Both the position numbers and the translations under genes were made by a program. Shown here piece after piece: positions 50,001-63,810 of a stretch of DNA of 64,000 nt. A model generated the notes under the pieces. It had not been told where the DNA came from. It saw nothing but the letters and a program-made list of their open reading frames with translations, and made no database searches. The first letter of the stretch is position 1; the number at the start of each line of letters is the position of its first letter. The stretch comes from Macrostomum lignano (lineage: Eukaryota): NCBI GenBank assembly GCA_002269645.1, contig NIVC01003109.1, positions 1 to 64,000 of the forward strand, written 5' to 3'.

Positions 50001-50582
50001 AAGATGCTGGAGCTCAATAGGAGTCATCTAAATGAGCTCAAGCGGATCGCCAAGCAGCCGGTGTACATGTCAAAGGCTGCGATGCAGGACGAATCAATGG
50101 TGAATTTGGGAAAATTTAAATTTGCTGGCGGTTGGAGCACCTCTGTGTGGGGGGGGGGGGTGAACAATTTTACTCGAAGTTAATTTGCTTTTATTATTTA
50201 ATCTTTCTCTCCACAGAGTAGATTGGTTTCAAACACGTCTGAGCAGTGTCCCGATGATGAAGACCATCTTCAAAATCAGCAACAATCGAAGCAAAAGCAA
50301 CAGCAGCAGATGCCACAGCAGCAGCACCAGCTGCATGCTATTTGGGAGAGCTATTTTCAGCGCTGCATTGGACCTCGCGAAGGTGACGCAACAGAGGGTG
50401 TTAAGGCGGCTACCCCACAGAAGCTGGAACAACAACAGGCTCACAACAGCGGGCAGAGTGTCAGCTCTGAGAACATCAAGCTCAAGCAGGTCCTCATCGG
50501 ATCGTCATCACCAGATCCTCATCGGATCGGCACGCCGTCAAGAAAGCATCGAAAGCAGGGAAAGCAAATACCTGACAGGTAG
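47023..50582 (+). CDS. Unknown protein (~568 aa), possibly beta-propeller plus coiled coil plus Q-rich tail; exons 47023-47250, 48054-48587, 49521-50099, 50217-50582
   Basis: Three phase-0 GT-AG introns join the + strand ORFs in frame; 5' and 3' ends uncertain. Confidence 0.7.
47340..47600 (-). mobile_element. tRNA-derived SINE
   Basis: Minus strand A-box-like GGTTAGAGCG, B-box GGTTCGATTC, GTGTCCTTGAGCAAGACAC body; related core fragment at ~38170-38270 (+). Confidence 0.7.
48644..49467. mobile_element. hAT-like MITE carrying an internal 21-bp minisatellite (48790-49330)
   Basis: TIRs CAGGGGCGTCGCC / GGCAACGCCCCCTG; 8-bp TSD TCTCTTAT / CCTCTTAT (7/8); similar right end at ~46590-46646. Confidence 0.65.
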
Positions 50583-51207
50583 CCTCTGCTGCACTTACAA
50601 ATTAAGTGTTCGTTTGGAGAACCGCGAAAGCCAGCCAGAAGGAAGCAAAATGAAAATGTTTAGCTGGATAAATCTAGTCTAAATAAGTTGTTTACAAGGA
50701 CTTAACTTATTTAGAGTACGAATTCGGTTTCAAAAAAATGCAGATCTTTGCGCAACGTTCTCGAGTTTTTTTTTCTTTAAAATGCCTTCTAAAAAATCCG
50801 CAGATGAAGCATTTAAATACAGAGCAGTCTCTCCATTGTGCAAACTTAAAATGAAGCGCGATTAAAACTCGCTTGTCTCAGCTGACTGGGCAACAAATTC
50901 ATCTTTGCGGTAAGCTAAATCATCAGAGCAACCGCACAAAAATGTAATTTTGTAAGTAATTTGTCCAGGAATTAACATACAGAGGGAGCAGCATATGAAA
51001 TCCGATAAACCTCGGTCACTTTTTTAGTAACTTCTAAATTTTTCCAGTCGTAGACGTAGACCTTTCTTCTGCTTCAACTAATACTCGTATGAAGATATAT
51101 AGTAGTTTTCAAGTCTCCCGAACGAATGTGGTTACAGGATCGTTTAGTTTACATCTCAACCACTAAAAAGCATATTTTTATGTTAAGTACTTCGATTAAA
51201 GTAAAAG

Positions 51208-51423
51208 TGTTGTGTTTTGTGCTTTGACTCTGTGCTGAGCCGAAAGCTGTTATAACGCGAGCGTAGCTTAAGTTGAATGTATATTTTATTTAACGATATA
51301 AGTAACGGCAAGCCTTTATAGAGTCAGAGTCAGTCGGTAGCTGTTTGGGACACAGACAAATAAATTAACGCTGGGGCAACGACTGAAAATAAAAGTACAT
51401 TGGATTCGGATCGGTATACAACA
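51208..51423 (-). repeat. LTR 1 (216 bp, TGTTG...CAACA); 3'-most LTR
   Basis: Terminal inverted pentamers; PPT GAAGGGGGAC adjacent on minus strand; 2 SNPs versus LTRs 2-4. Confidence 0.92.
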
Positions 51424-51587
51424 TGTCCCCCTTCGAGGGAATGAGAACTGCAACGGAAAAGCGTTGGTGGTTATTGATTAGTGGGTTTGAGTATGAACGG
51501 GTGAGCTTAGGGAGCTTGGTGCTTAACAAAGTAACGGCGAATTCGTTGAAAGTTTGGAATTTAATCAGCGTCTATACTGTTCAGCAA

Positions 51588-54500
51588 TTACGGCACGAAT
51601 CGATCAGGGGCCCGACGATTTCGCGAGCTTCGGCGCATCGGGTTGTCATTCGGTTGCTCTGGGGCATCCTGCTCATGGGTCGTTGGTGCCTGCTCTTCTC
51701 CGGCCGCCATTTGCATCGGGGGCTGTTGCACAGGCAGATTGTCATTCGCTTCCTCTTCGTCCGCTGTAAGGGCGTCCTGCTGTGGCATTGATGGGGCCAA
51801 CTGATTGGTGCTGGCCAGCTTCAGGCTCTCATCTTCTAAAATCCATGCCGTATTGTGTCCAGCAGTCATTAGAAATGTAGCCTGGCTTCCCTGAGTTGAT
51901 TTCTGCGGCTGGTAGATGACGTTGTCTCCTTGCTCGAACTGTGAGACGACCGGTACACGAAGGCGTCTACCAAGCACCAACTCGGCTGGGCACTGGCCGC
52001 GGCTTCTTGAGGAGTTGCGATGGTGCATGATCACTTTTTGCAGGTAGAATAGGAAATCCATGTGAGTTATTCTCTCCGACCATGCACGCAGCGCTGATTT
52101 AACGGTCTGCACTGCCCTTTCTGCGAGGCCGTTTGCCTGAGCATAGTAGGCGGGTGACTCCATTTTCTTCACTCCATGTGCGCGCAGCCATGCGTTGAGG
52201 CTATCGGCCACAAATTCGGGTGGATTGTCTGACACAACCAGTTCCGGCATACCAAAGCGTGCAAAGACGGCGCAGAGGCACCGCTGGACAGTGCTGGCCA
52301 CTCTGTTTTGGCAGGGAAACGCTTCTATCCAGCCAGAATGAGCGTCAACGATAATCAGTATGTCGCCAGCTCCTCTTACATGCGCCCAGTCCATGTGAAT
52401 GCGTTGGAATGGATAGTCCGGGGCGGGCCATCGATCCCTGTCGTGGCCGACACGCGGTCGTAGGCGGCTGCAGACCGGGCAGCGTTGGACAAATCGTGAC
52501 ACATCCTGTTGCATCCCAGGCCACCAGCAAGACGCTGAAAGCAGGTTGTATGAGGCCTGAATTCCAGAGTGGGTGTCATGGATCGCGTCAAAGGCAGCCC
52601 GGCGCAACCGTGGGGGGATGTAAACCCTCCTCTGCATGTAAAGAAGTCCGTTTTCCAGCGTTAGCTTTTCGGAAACGGCTTTGAAGCTTGACTCTGCCTG
52701 CGAGCAACCTTGCCAATTTCCATTGCGTACTCTTATTAAAATCTTCTGGGTGAACGGGTCTGCGTCCATTTCTGCCAAAATTCTTCCGGCCTCGATCACC
52801 GGCGATTCAAATACCACGACGTTGATAGCATCAAACGTTTCCTTGTCGTCTGCTGAAGGGTGATCAAAGCGGAGCCGAGATAAAGCGTCAGCGTGTGGGA
52901 TGTCGCGGCCTCGCACGTACTCGATGTTGAAGTCAAATTGCATGAGATGCGTAGCTTAGCGCCCGATTCTCGCCGATGTGTTCAGAGGGATGCACCGCGG
53001 AAAAGGCGAGTCAGTGGCTGATGATCTGTCTTGATTGTGAAGTGACGGCCATGAAGGAAGTGCTTCAGTCGAGCGACGGCCCAGAAGATGGCGAGGGCCT
53101 CGCGCTCAATATTTGAATAATTTTATTCGGCGGATGACAGCGTCCTTGATACAAATATTACGGGATGCCCTTCCTGAGTCACTACAGCAGCTATTGAGCT
53201 CTTTGAGGCATCCGTTGTTAGAGTCAGCTCCTTTGATAGGCTATAGGGCTGCACTATTGGCGCAGAGGCGATTTCGGCTTTGAGGTTATTAAAAGCTCGA
53301 GAGCACTCGTCGGTCCAGTCAAAGTTGACGTTGGATTTTCGCAGATGGTTAAGAGGAGCGGTCTTTCGAGCGAAGTTCGGAATCAGTCTCCCAAAGAAGT
53401 TGACTAGTCCCAGAAAGCTCGCGAGCTCAGATTTGTTAGTCGGTGCAGAAACTTGTCTGACTTTTTCAACAAGCCGATCGTCTGGCTGGATTCCGGCGGC
53501 AGAGATCTTGAATCCAAGAAAAGAGATGGAATCGGTGTAGTTGATGCACTTGGACTCGTTGATGGTGACGCGCTTTTCTTGTAGTCGGGTGCGCACCGCG
53601 GCAAGGCGCTTTTCTAGAGTAGCCGCATCTGGTGCGTGCACCAGGATGTCGTCTTGATAAATCAGCAGTCCTTTGATGTCTGACAAAATCGATTCCATAG
53701 TTCTCTGGAAGATGAACGAGGCGTTTTTCATCCCCATTTGCAGTCTGTTTACTCGGTACAGTCCACGCGACGTGTTGATGATAGAGATATCTCTGGCCGC
53801 TTCATCCAGTTCAATTTGCCAGTAGGCCGAGCGGAGGTCGACGGTGGCGAAGACTTTTGCGTTTTTCAAGCGTGAGAAAAGGATTTCTACATTGGGGATC
53901 GGATGCGAGTCGGACTTGATTTTCTCATTCACGTGCAGTGCGCTGTAATCGGCACACGTGCGCAAGGTGCCATCTTTCTTTTTCACCCACACCACGGGCG
54001 ACGCCTTGCTCACGGGTCCCTCGATGGGTTCAATTATTCCTAGCTGTTGCAAGCGGTCGAGTTCGGCGTTAATCTGCCCCTCAATTGCAATAGGCACGGA
54101 TCGAGCACGGCAGAATCTGGGTCTGGCACCGTCAACAACCTCCATGCGAGCTTTCACGCCTTTTATGGTAGGCAGTGGCTCAACTACGCGGGTGTTGTTC
54201 TGGGGCACACTTGTGGTGTTAAAGAGGTCCTCCGCGTCCAACAGATCGCGACCAAGTAAGCCATATGGTTTGCTCGAGTTGACCACAATGAGCTCTGCAG
54301 GGTGCAGATGACCTCGTAGTTCAACCGTGGTTGCCAGCTTTCCGAGTGATTTCATCACGTGACCATCAAAGGCTTCTAGCCGCCGAAAACACTTCTGCAG
54401 CGAGGGTCGACCCAGTCGTTCCCATTGCGAACTGGAGAGCACGGAGACGGAGGCGCCTGTATCGATCTGCATGTCGACGGTCTTGCCATCGATAATAAGT

Positions 54501-55408
54501 GGCTCGGTGGCCACGTTGACAGCGTGGACGGTGCCCACGTCGCTGAGATGCATCAGAGAAGTCTTTTTATGTGGCTCATTGTCTATTTCATGAGCTGATG
54601 GGTCAGTGACTTGGTGCACAGGCCGTGCAGATGATGAGCGACATACACTGGCGAAGTGATTTTTCTTACCACATTTTGAACAGAGCTTGCCAAAAGCCGG
54701 GCATTTTCCTTCCGAATGTGCTTTGCCGCAGTAACGACAGTCCTTGACACTCCGATGTCCATTTTGTCGCTGCGAGTAATGCACAGAGGCTTCGTGTGTT
54801 TGGATTGAAGGAGCTGGCTGAGTCAAATTCGCTTGAAAGTCGCTTGATTTTATGGACACAAAAGCTGTCACCTGCTCTAGGTCGCGAATAAAGTCGACAA
54901 TTTCGAGAACCGACTTGAATGATTTGATTTGAGTGGCTTCCAGAACGCGTTGTTGTTGGTTTACATTGCTGAGCCCAGAAATTAGCGCCATTTGGAGCAA
55001 TTCCTCGAGAGGACTGGTGGATGTCTTCAAATCATCAAACTTACAGTCCTTAGCGGCACGACGAAGTCGGCTAACGAAGTCAGAAATTGATTCATTTGGT
55101 GCTTGTCGCATGGCGAAGAAACGAACGCGTTCAGCGATGACCAGCTTTTCCTTTGGCTTTAGGTACGCCTGCACGGCAGTGTTGATTTCATCAAAAGTCA
55201 GGTCGGTCACGGATTTGGGGGCGATTATGCTTTGTATCTTCTCCGAGGCTGTGAGCCCGCAGTGCGCCAAAAAGTTGTCTGCGATGGTCTTCTTTCCATC
55301 ACTATCAGTCCAGTCCTTTGCTCGGGCCAGCGCTTGGAAGGCAGTCATCCAGGTTTGAGCTCGATCGGGCTTCTCCAGCGGCAGTTCGCCAAGTGACTGC
55401 GACGCCAT
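51588..55408 (-). pseudogene. gag-pol copy 1, broken in RNase H (TAA 53123-53125, frameshift ~53000, TAA 52956-52958)
   Basis: CCHC knuckles, protease IDTGAS, RT YQDD, RH TDAS...EREAL, IN HHCC and D,D35E. Confidence 0.92.
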
Positions 55409-55624
55409 TGTTGTGTTTTGTGCTTTGATTCTGTGCTGAGCCGAAAGCTGTTATAACGAGAGCGTAGCTTAAGTTGAATGTATATTTTATTTAACGATAT
55501 AAGTAACGGCAAGCCTTTATAGAGTCAGAGTCAGTCGGTAGCTGTTTGGGACACAGACAAATAAATTAACGCTGGGGCAACGACTGAAAATAAAAGTACA
55601 TTGGATTCGGATCGGTATACAACA
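55409..55624 (-). repeat. LTR 2 (shared)
   Basis: Copy of LTR 1 at +4201; PBS-like TGGCG follows on minus strand. Confidence 0.92.
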
Positions 55625-55788
55625 TGTCCCCCTTCGAGGGAATGAGAACTGCAACGGAAAAGCGTTGGTGGTTATTGATTAGTGGGTTTGAGTATGAACG
55701 GGTGAGCTTAGGGAGCTTGGTGCTTAACAAAGTAACGGCGAATTCGTTGAAAGTTTGGAATTTAATCAGCGTCTATACTGTTCAGCAA

Positions 55789-58700
55789 TTACGGCACGAA
55801 TCGATCAGGGGCCCGACGATTTCGCGAGCTTCGGCGCATCGGGTTGTCATTCGGTTGCTCTGGGGCATCCTGCTCATGGGTCGTTGGTGCCTGCTCTTCT
55901 CCGGCCGCCATTTGCATCGGGGGCTGTTGCACAGGCAGATTGTCATTCGCTTCCTCTTCGTCCGCTGTAAGGGCGTCCTGCTGTGGCATTGATGGGGCCA
56001 ACTGATTGGTGCTGGCCAGCTTCAGGCTCTCATCTTCTAAAATCCATGCCGTATTGTGTCCAGCAGTCATTAGAAATGTAGCCTGGCTTCCCTGAGTTGA
56101 TTTCTGCGGCTGGTAGATGACGTTGTCTCCTTGCTCGAACTGTGAGACGACCGGTACACGAAGGCGTCTACCAAGCACCAACTCGGCTGGGCACTGGCCG
56201 CGGCTTCTTGAGGAGTTGCGATGGTGCATGATCACTTTTTGCAGGTAGAATAGGAAATCCATGTGAGTTATTCTCTCCGACCATGCACGCAGCGCTGATT
56301 TAACGGTCTGCACTGCCCTTTCTGCGAGGCCGTTTGCCTGAGCATAGTAGGCGGGTGACTCCATTTTCTTCACTCCATGTGCGCGCAGCCATGCGTTGAG
56401 GCTATCGGCCACAAATTCGGGTGGATTGTCTGACACAACCAGTTCCGGCATACCAAAGCGTGCAAAGACGGCGCAGAGGCACCGCTGGACAGTGCTGGCC
56501 ACTCTGTTTTGGCAGGGAAACGCTTCTATCCAGCCAGAATGAGCGTCAACGATAATCAGTATGTCGCCAGCTCCTCTTACATGCGCCCAGTCCATGTGAA
56601 TGCGTTGGAATGGATAGTCCGGGGCGGGCCATCGATCCCTGTCGTGGCCGACACGCGGTCGTAGGCGGCTGCAGACCGGGCAGCGTTGGACAAATCGTGA
56701 CACATCCTGTTGCATCCCAGGCCACCAGCAAGACGCTGAAAGCAGGTTGTATGAGGCCTGAATTCCAGAGTGGGTGTCATGGATCGCGTCAAAGGCAGCC
56801 CGGCGCAACCGTGGGGGGATGTAAACCCTCCTCTGCATGTAAAGAAGTCCGTTTTCCAGCGTTAGCTTTTCGGAAACGGCTTTGAAGCTTGACTCTGCCT
56901 GCGAGCAACCTTGCCAATTTCCATTGCGTACTCTTATTAAAATCTTCTGGGTGAACGGGTCTGCGTCCATTTCTGCCAAAATTCTTCCGGCCTCGATCAC
57001 CGGCGATTCAAATACCACGACGTTGATAGCATCAAACGTTTCCTTGTCGTCTGCTGAAGGGTGATCAAAGCGGAGCCGAGATAAAGCGTCAGCGTGTGGG
57101 ATGTCGCGGCCTCGCACGTACTCGATGTTGAAGTCAAATTGCATGAGATGCGTAGCTTAGCGCCCGATTCTCGCCGATGTGTTCAGAGGGATGCACCGCG
57201 GAAAAGGCGAGTCAGTGGCTGATGATCTGTCTTGATTGTGAAGTGACGGCCATGAAGGAAGTGCTTCAGTCGAGCGACGGCCCAGAAGATGGCGAGGGCC
57301 TCGCGCTCAATATTTGAATAATTTTATTCGGCGGATGACAGCGTCCTTGATACAAATATTACGGGATGCCCTTCCTGAGTCACTACAGCAGCTATTGAGC
57401 TCTTTGAGGCATCCGTTGTTAGAGTCAGCTCCTTTGATAGGCTATAGGGCTGCACTATTGGCGCAGAGGCGATTTCGGCTTTGAGGTTATTAAAAGCTCG
57501 AGAGCACTCGTCGGTCCAGTCAAAGTTGACGTTGGATTTTCGCAGATGGTTAAGAGGAGCGGTCTTTCGAGCGAAGTTCGGAATCAGTCTCCCAAAGAAG
57601 TTGACTAGTCCCAGAAAGCTCGCGAGCTCAGATTTGTTAGTCGGTGCAGAAACTTGTCTGACTTTTTCAACAAGCCGATCGTCTGGCTGGATTCCGGCGG
57701 CAGAGATCTTGAATCCAAGAAAAGAGATGGAATCGGTGTAGTTGATGCACTTGGACTCGTTGATGGTGACGCGCTTTTCTTGTAGTCGGGTGCGCACCGC
57801 GGCAAGGCGCTTTTCTAGAGTAGCCGCATCTGGTGCGTGCACCAGGATGTCGTCTTGATAAATCAGCAGTCCTTTGATGTCTGACAAAATCGATTCCATA
57901 GTTCTCTGGAAGATGAACGAGGCGTTTTTCATCCCCATTTGCAGTCTGTTTACTCGGTACAGTCCACGCGACGTGTTGATGATAGAGATATCTCTGGCCG
58001 CTTCATCCAGTTCAATTTGCCAGTAGGCCGAGCGGAGGTCGACGGTGGCGAAGACTTTTGCGTTTTTCAAGCGTGAGAAAAGGATTTCTACATTGGGGAT
58101 CGGATGCGAGTCGGACTTGATTTTCTCATTCACGTGCAGTGCGCTGTAATCGGCACACGTGCGCAAGGTGCCATCTTTCTTTTTCACCCACACCACGGGC
58201 GACGCCTTGCTCACGGGTCCCTCGATGGGTTCAATTATTCCTAGCTGTTGCAAGCGGTCGAGTTCGGCGTTAATCTGCCCCTCAATTGCAATAGGCACGG
58301 ATCGAGCACGGCAGAATCTGGGTCTGGCACCGTCAACAACCTCCATGCGAGCTTTCACGCCTTTTATGGTAGGCAGTGGCTCAACTACGCGGGTGTTGTT
58401 CTGGGGCACACTTGTGGTGTTAAAGAGGTCCTCCGCGTCCAACAGATCGCGACCAAGTAAGCCATATGGTTTGCTCGAGTTGACCACAATGAGCTCTGCA
58501 GGGTGCAGATGACCTCGTAGTTCAACCGTGGTTGCCAGCTTTCCGAGTGATTTCATCACGTGACCATCAAAGGCTTCTAGCCGCCGAAAACACTTCTGCA
58601 GCGAGGGTCGACCCAGTCGTTCCCATTGCGAACTGGAGAGCACGGAGACGGAGGCGCCTGTATCGATCTGCATGTCGACGGTCTTGCCATCGATAATAAG

Positions 58701-59609
58701 TGGCTCGGTGGCCACGTTGACAGCGTGGACGGTGCCCACGTCGCTGAGATGCATCAGAGAAGTCTTTTTATGTGGCTCATTGTCTATTTCATGAGCTGAT
58801 GGGTCAGTGACTTGGTGCACAGGCCGTGCAGATGATGAGCGACATACACTGGCGAAGTGATTTTTCTTACCACATTTTGAACAGAGCTTGCCAAAAGCCG
58901 GGCATTTTCCTTCCGAATGTGCTTTGCCGCAGTAACGACAGTCCTTGACACTCCGATGTCCATTTTGTCGCTGCGAGTAATGCACAGAGGCTTCGTGTGT
59001 TTGGATTGAAGGAGCTGGCTGAGTCAAATTCGCTTGAAAGTCGCTTGATTTTATGGACACAAAAGCTGTCACCTGCTCTAGGTCGCGAATAAAGTCGACA
59101 ATTTCGAGAACCGACTTGAATGATTTGATTTGAGTGGCTTCCAGAACGCGTTGTTGTTGGTTTACATTGCTGAGCCCAGAAATTAGCGCCATTTGGAGCA
59201 ATTCCTCGAGAGGACTGGTGGATGTCTTCAAATCATCAAACTTACAGTCCTTAGCGGCACGACGAAGTCGGCTAACGAAGTCAGAAATTGATTCATTTGG
59301 TGCTTGTCGCATGGCGAAGAAACGAACGCGTTCAGCGATGACCAGCTTTTCCTTTGGCTTTAGGTACGCCTGCACGGCAGTGTTGATTTCATCAAAAGTC
59401 AGGTCGGTCACGGATTTGGGGGCGATTATGCTTTGTATCTTCTCCGAGGCTGTGAGCCCGCAGTGCGCCAAAAAGTTGTCTGCGATGGTCTTCTTTCCAT
59501 CACTATCAGTCCAGTCCTTTGCTCGGGCCAGCGCTTGGAAGGCAGTCATCCAGGTTTGAGCTCGATCGGGCTTCTCCAGCGGCAGTTCGCCAAGTGACTG
59601 CGACGCCAT
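55789..59609 (-). pseudogene. gag-pol copy 2, same lesions
   Basis: Translated ORFs identical to copy 1. Confidence 0.92.
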
Positions 59610-59825
59610 TGTTGTGTTTTGTGCTTTGATTCTGTGCTGAGCCGAAAGCTGTTATAACGAGAGCGTAGCTTAAGTTGAATGTATATTTTATTTAACGATA
59701 TAAGTAACGGCAAGCCTTTATAGAGTCAGAGTCAGTCGGTAGCTGTTTGGGACACAGACAAATAAATTAACGCTGGGGCAACGACTGAAAATAAAAGTAC
59801 ATTGGATTCGGATCGGTATACAACA
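59610..59825 (-). repeat. LTR 3 (shared)
   Basis: Identical to LTR 2. Confidence 0.92.
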
Positions 59826-59989
59826 TGTCCCCCTTCGAGGGAATGAGAACTGCAACGGAAAAGCGTTGGTGGTTATTGATTAGTGGGTTTGAGTATGAAC
59901 GGGTGAGCTTAGGGAGCTTGGTGCTTAACAAAGTAACGGCGAATTCGTTGAAAGTTTGGAATTTAATCAGCGTCTATACTGTTCAGCAA

Positions 59990-62900
59990 TTACGGCACGA
60001 ATCGATCAGGGGCCCGACGATTTCGCGAGCTTCGGCGCATCGGGTTGTCATTCGGTTGCTCTGGGGCATCCTGCTCATGGGTCGTTGGTGCCTGCTCTTC
60101 TCCGGCCGCCATTTGCATCGGGGGCTGTTGCACAGGCAGATTGTCATTCGCTTCCTCTTCGTCCGCTGTAAGGGCGTCCTGCTGTGGCATTGATGGGGCC
60201 AACTGATTGGTGCTGGCCAGCTTCAGGCTCTCATCTTCTAAAATCCATGCCGTATTGTGTCCAGCAGTCATTAGAAATGTAGCCTGGCTTCCCTGAGTTG
60301 ATTTCTGCGGCTGGTAGATGACGTTGTCTCCTTGCTCGAACTGTGAGACGACCGGTACACGAAGGCGTCTACCAAGCACCAACTCGGCTGGGCACTGGCC
60401 GCGGCTTCTTGAGGAGTTGCGATGGTGCATGATCACTTTTTGCAGGTAGAATAGGAAATCCATGTGAGTTATTCTCTCCGACCATGCACGCAGCGCTGAT
60501 TTAACGGTCTGCACTGCCCTTTCTGCGAGGCCGTTTGCCTGAGCATAGTAGGCGGGTGACTCCATTTTCTTCACTCCATGTGCGCGCAGCCATGCGTTGA
60601 GGCTATCGGCCACAAATTCGGGTGGATTGTCTGACACAACCAGTTCCGGCATACCAAAGCGTGCAAAGACGGCGCAGAGGCACCGCTGGACAGTGCTGGC
60701 CACTCTGTTTTGGCAGGGAAACGCTTCTATCCAGCCAGAATGAGCGTCAACGATAATCAGTATGTCGCCAGCTCCTCTTACATGCGCCCAGTCCATGTGA
60801 ATGCGTTGGAATGGATAGTCCGGGGCGGGCCATCGATCCCTGTCGTGGCCGACACGCGGTCGTAGGCGGCTGCAGACCGGGCAGCGTTGGACAAATCGTG
60901 ACACATCCTGTTGCATCCCAGGCCACCAGCAAGACGCTGAAAGCAGGTTGTATGAGGCCTGAATTCCAGAGTGGGTGTCATGGATCGCGTCAAAGGCAGC
61001 CCGGCGCAACCGTGGGGGGATGTAAACCCTCCTCTGCATGTAAAGAAGTCCGTTTTCCAGCGTTAGCTTTTCGGAAACGGCTTTGAAGCTTGACTCTGCC
61101 TGCGAGCAACCTTGCCAATTTCCATTGCGTACTCTTATTAAAATCTTCTGGGTGAACGGGTCTGCGTCCATTTCTGCCAAAATTCTTCCGGCCTCGATCA
61201 CCGGCGATTCAAATACCACGACGTTGATAGCATCAAACGTTTCCTTGTCGTCTGCTGAAGGGTGATCAAAGCGGAGCCGAGATAAAGCGTCAGCGTGTGG
61301 GATGTCGCGGCCTCGCACGTACTCGATGTTGAAGTCAAATTGCATGAGATGCGTAGCTTAGCGCCCGATTCTCGCCGATGTGTTCAGAGGGATGCACCGC
61401 GGAAAAGGCGAGTCAGTGGCTGATGATCTGTCTTGATTGTGAAGTGACGGCCATGAAGGAAGTGCTTCAGTCGAGCGACGGCCCAGAAGATGGCGAGGGC
61501 CTCGCGCTCAATATTTGAATAATTTTATTCGGCGGATGACAGCGTCCTTGATACAAATATTACGGGATGCCCTTCCTGAGTCACTACAGCAGCTATTGAG
61601 CTCTTTGAGGCATCCGTTGTTAGAGTCAGCTCCTTTGATAGGCTATAGGGCTGCACTATTGGCGCAGAGGCGATTTCGGCTTTGAGGTTATTAAAAGCTC
61701 GAGAGCACTCGTCGGTCCAGTCAAAGTTGACGTTGGATTTTCGCAGATGGTTAAGAGGAGCGGTCTTTCGAGCGAAGTTCGGAATCAGTCTCCCAAAGAA
61801 GTTGACTAGTCCCAGAAAGCTCGCGAGCTCAGATTTGTTAGTCGGTGCAGAAACTTGTCTGACTTTTTCAACAAGCCGATCGTCTGGCTGGATTCCGGCG
61901 GCAGAGATCTTGAATCCAAGAAAAGAGATGGAATCGGTGTAGTTGATGCACTTGGACTCGTTGATGGTGACGCGCTTTTCTTGTAGTCGGGTGCGCACCG
62001 CGGCAAGGCGCTTTTCTAGAGTAGCCGCATCTGGTGCGTGCACCAGGATGTCGTCTTGATAAATCAGCAGTCCTTTGATGTCTGACAAAATCGATTCCAT
62101 AGTTCTCTGGAAGATGAACGAGGCGTTTTTCATCCCCATTTGCAGTCTGTTTACTCGGTACAGTCCACGCGACGTGTTGATGATAGAGATATCTCTGGCC
62201 GCTTCATCCAGTTCAATTTGCCAGTAGGCCGAGCGGAGGTCGACGGTGGCGAAGACTTTTGCGTTTTTCAAGCGTGAGAAAAGGATTTCTACATTGGGGA
62301 TCGGATGCGAGTCGGACTTGATTTTCTCATTCACGTGCAGTGCGCTGTAATCGGCACACGTGCGCAAGGTGCCATCTTTCTTTTTCACCCACACCACGGG
62401 CGACGCCTTGCTCACGGGTCCCTCGATGGGTTCAATTATTCCTAGCTGTTGCAAGCGGTCGAGTTCGGCGTTAATCTGCCCCTCAATTGCAATAGGCACG
62501 GATCGAGCACGGCAGAATCTGGGTCTGGCACCGTCAACAACCTCCATGCGAGCTTTCACGCCTTTTATGGTAGGCAGTGGCTCAACTACGCGGGTGTTGT
62601 TCTGGGGCACACTTGTGGTGTTAAAGAGGTCCTCCGCGTCCAACAGATCGCGACCAAGTAAGCCATATGGTTTGCTCGAGTTGACCACAATGAGCTCTGC
62701 AGGGTGCAGATGACCTCGTAGTTCAACCGTGGTTGCCAGCTTTCCGAGTGATTTCATCACGTGACCATCAAAGGCTTCTAGCCGCCGAAAACACTTCTGC
62801 AGCGAGGGTCGACCCAGTCGTTCCCATTGCGAACTGGAGAGCACGGAGACGGAGGCGCCTGTATCGATCTGCATGTCGACGGTCTTGCCATCGATAATAA

Positions 62901-63810
62901 GTGGCTCGGTGGCCACGTTGACAGCGTGGACGGTGCCCACGTCGCTGAGATGCATCAGAGAAGTCTTTTTATGTGGCTCATTGTCTATTTCATGAGCTGA
63001 TGGGTCAGTGACTTGGTGCACAGGCCGTGCAGATGATGAGCGACATACACTGGCGAAGTGATTTTTCTTACCACATTTTGAACAGAGCTTGCCAAAAGCC
63101 GGGCATTTTCCTTCCGAATGTGCTTTGCCGCAGTAACGACAGTCCTTGACACTCCGATGTCCATTTTGTCGCTGCGAGTAATGCACAGAGGCTTCGTGTG
63201 TTTGGATTGAAGGAGCTGGCTGAGTCAAATTCGCTTGAAAGTCGCTTGATTTTATGGACACAAAAGCTGTCACCTGCTCTAGGTCGCGAATAAAGTCGAC
63301 AATTTCGAGAACCGACTTGAATGATTTGATTTGAGTGGCTTCCAGAACGCGTTGTTGTTGGTTTACATTGCTGAGCCCAGAAATTAGCGCCATTTGGAGC
63401 AATTCCTCGAGAGGACTGGTGGATGTCTTCAAATCATCAAACTTACAGTCCTTAGCGGCACGACGAAGTCGGCTAACGAAGTCAGAAATTGATTCATTTG
63501 GTGCTTGTCGCATGGCGAAGAAACGAACGCGTTCAGCGATGACCAGCTTTTCCTTTGGCTTTAGGTACGCCTGCACGGCAGTGTTGATTTCATCAAAAGT
63601 CAGGTCGGTCACGGATTTGGGGGCGATTATGCTTTGTATCTTCTCCGAGGCTGTGAGCCCGCAGTGCGCCAAAAAGTTGTCTGCGATGGTCTTCTTTCCA
63701 TCACTATCAGTCCAGTCCTTTGCTCGGGCCAGCGCTTGGAAGGCAGTCATCCAGGTTTGAGCTCGATCGGGCTTCTCCAGCGGCAGTTCGCCAAGTGACT
63801 GCGACGCCAT
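59990..63810 (-). pseudogene. gag-pol copy 3, same lesions
   Basis: Translated ORFs identical to copy 1. Confidence 0.92.

Noticed and set aside
51423-51791. Antisense ORFs repeated in each retrotransposon unit (122, 117, 91 aa etc.)
   Set aside because: Shadow ORFs of GC-rich pol; identity across copies reflects the duplication, not selection
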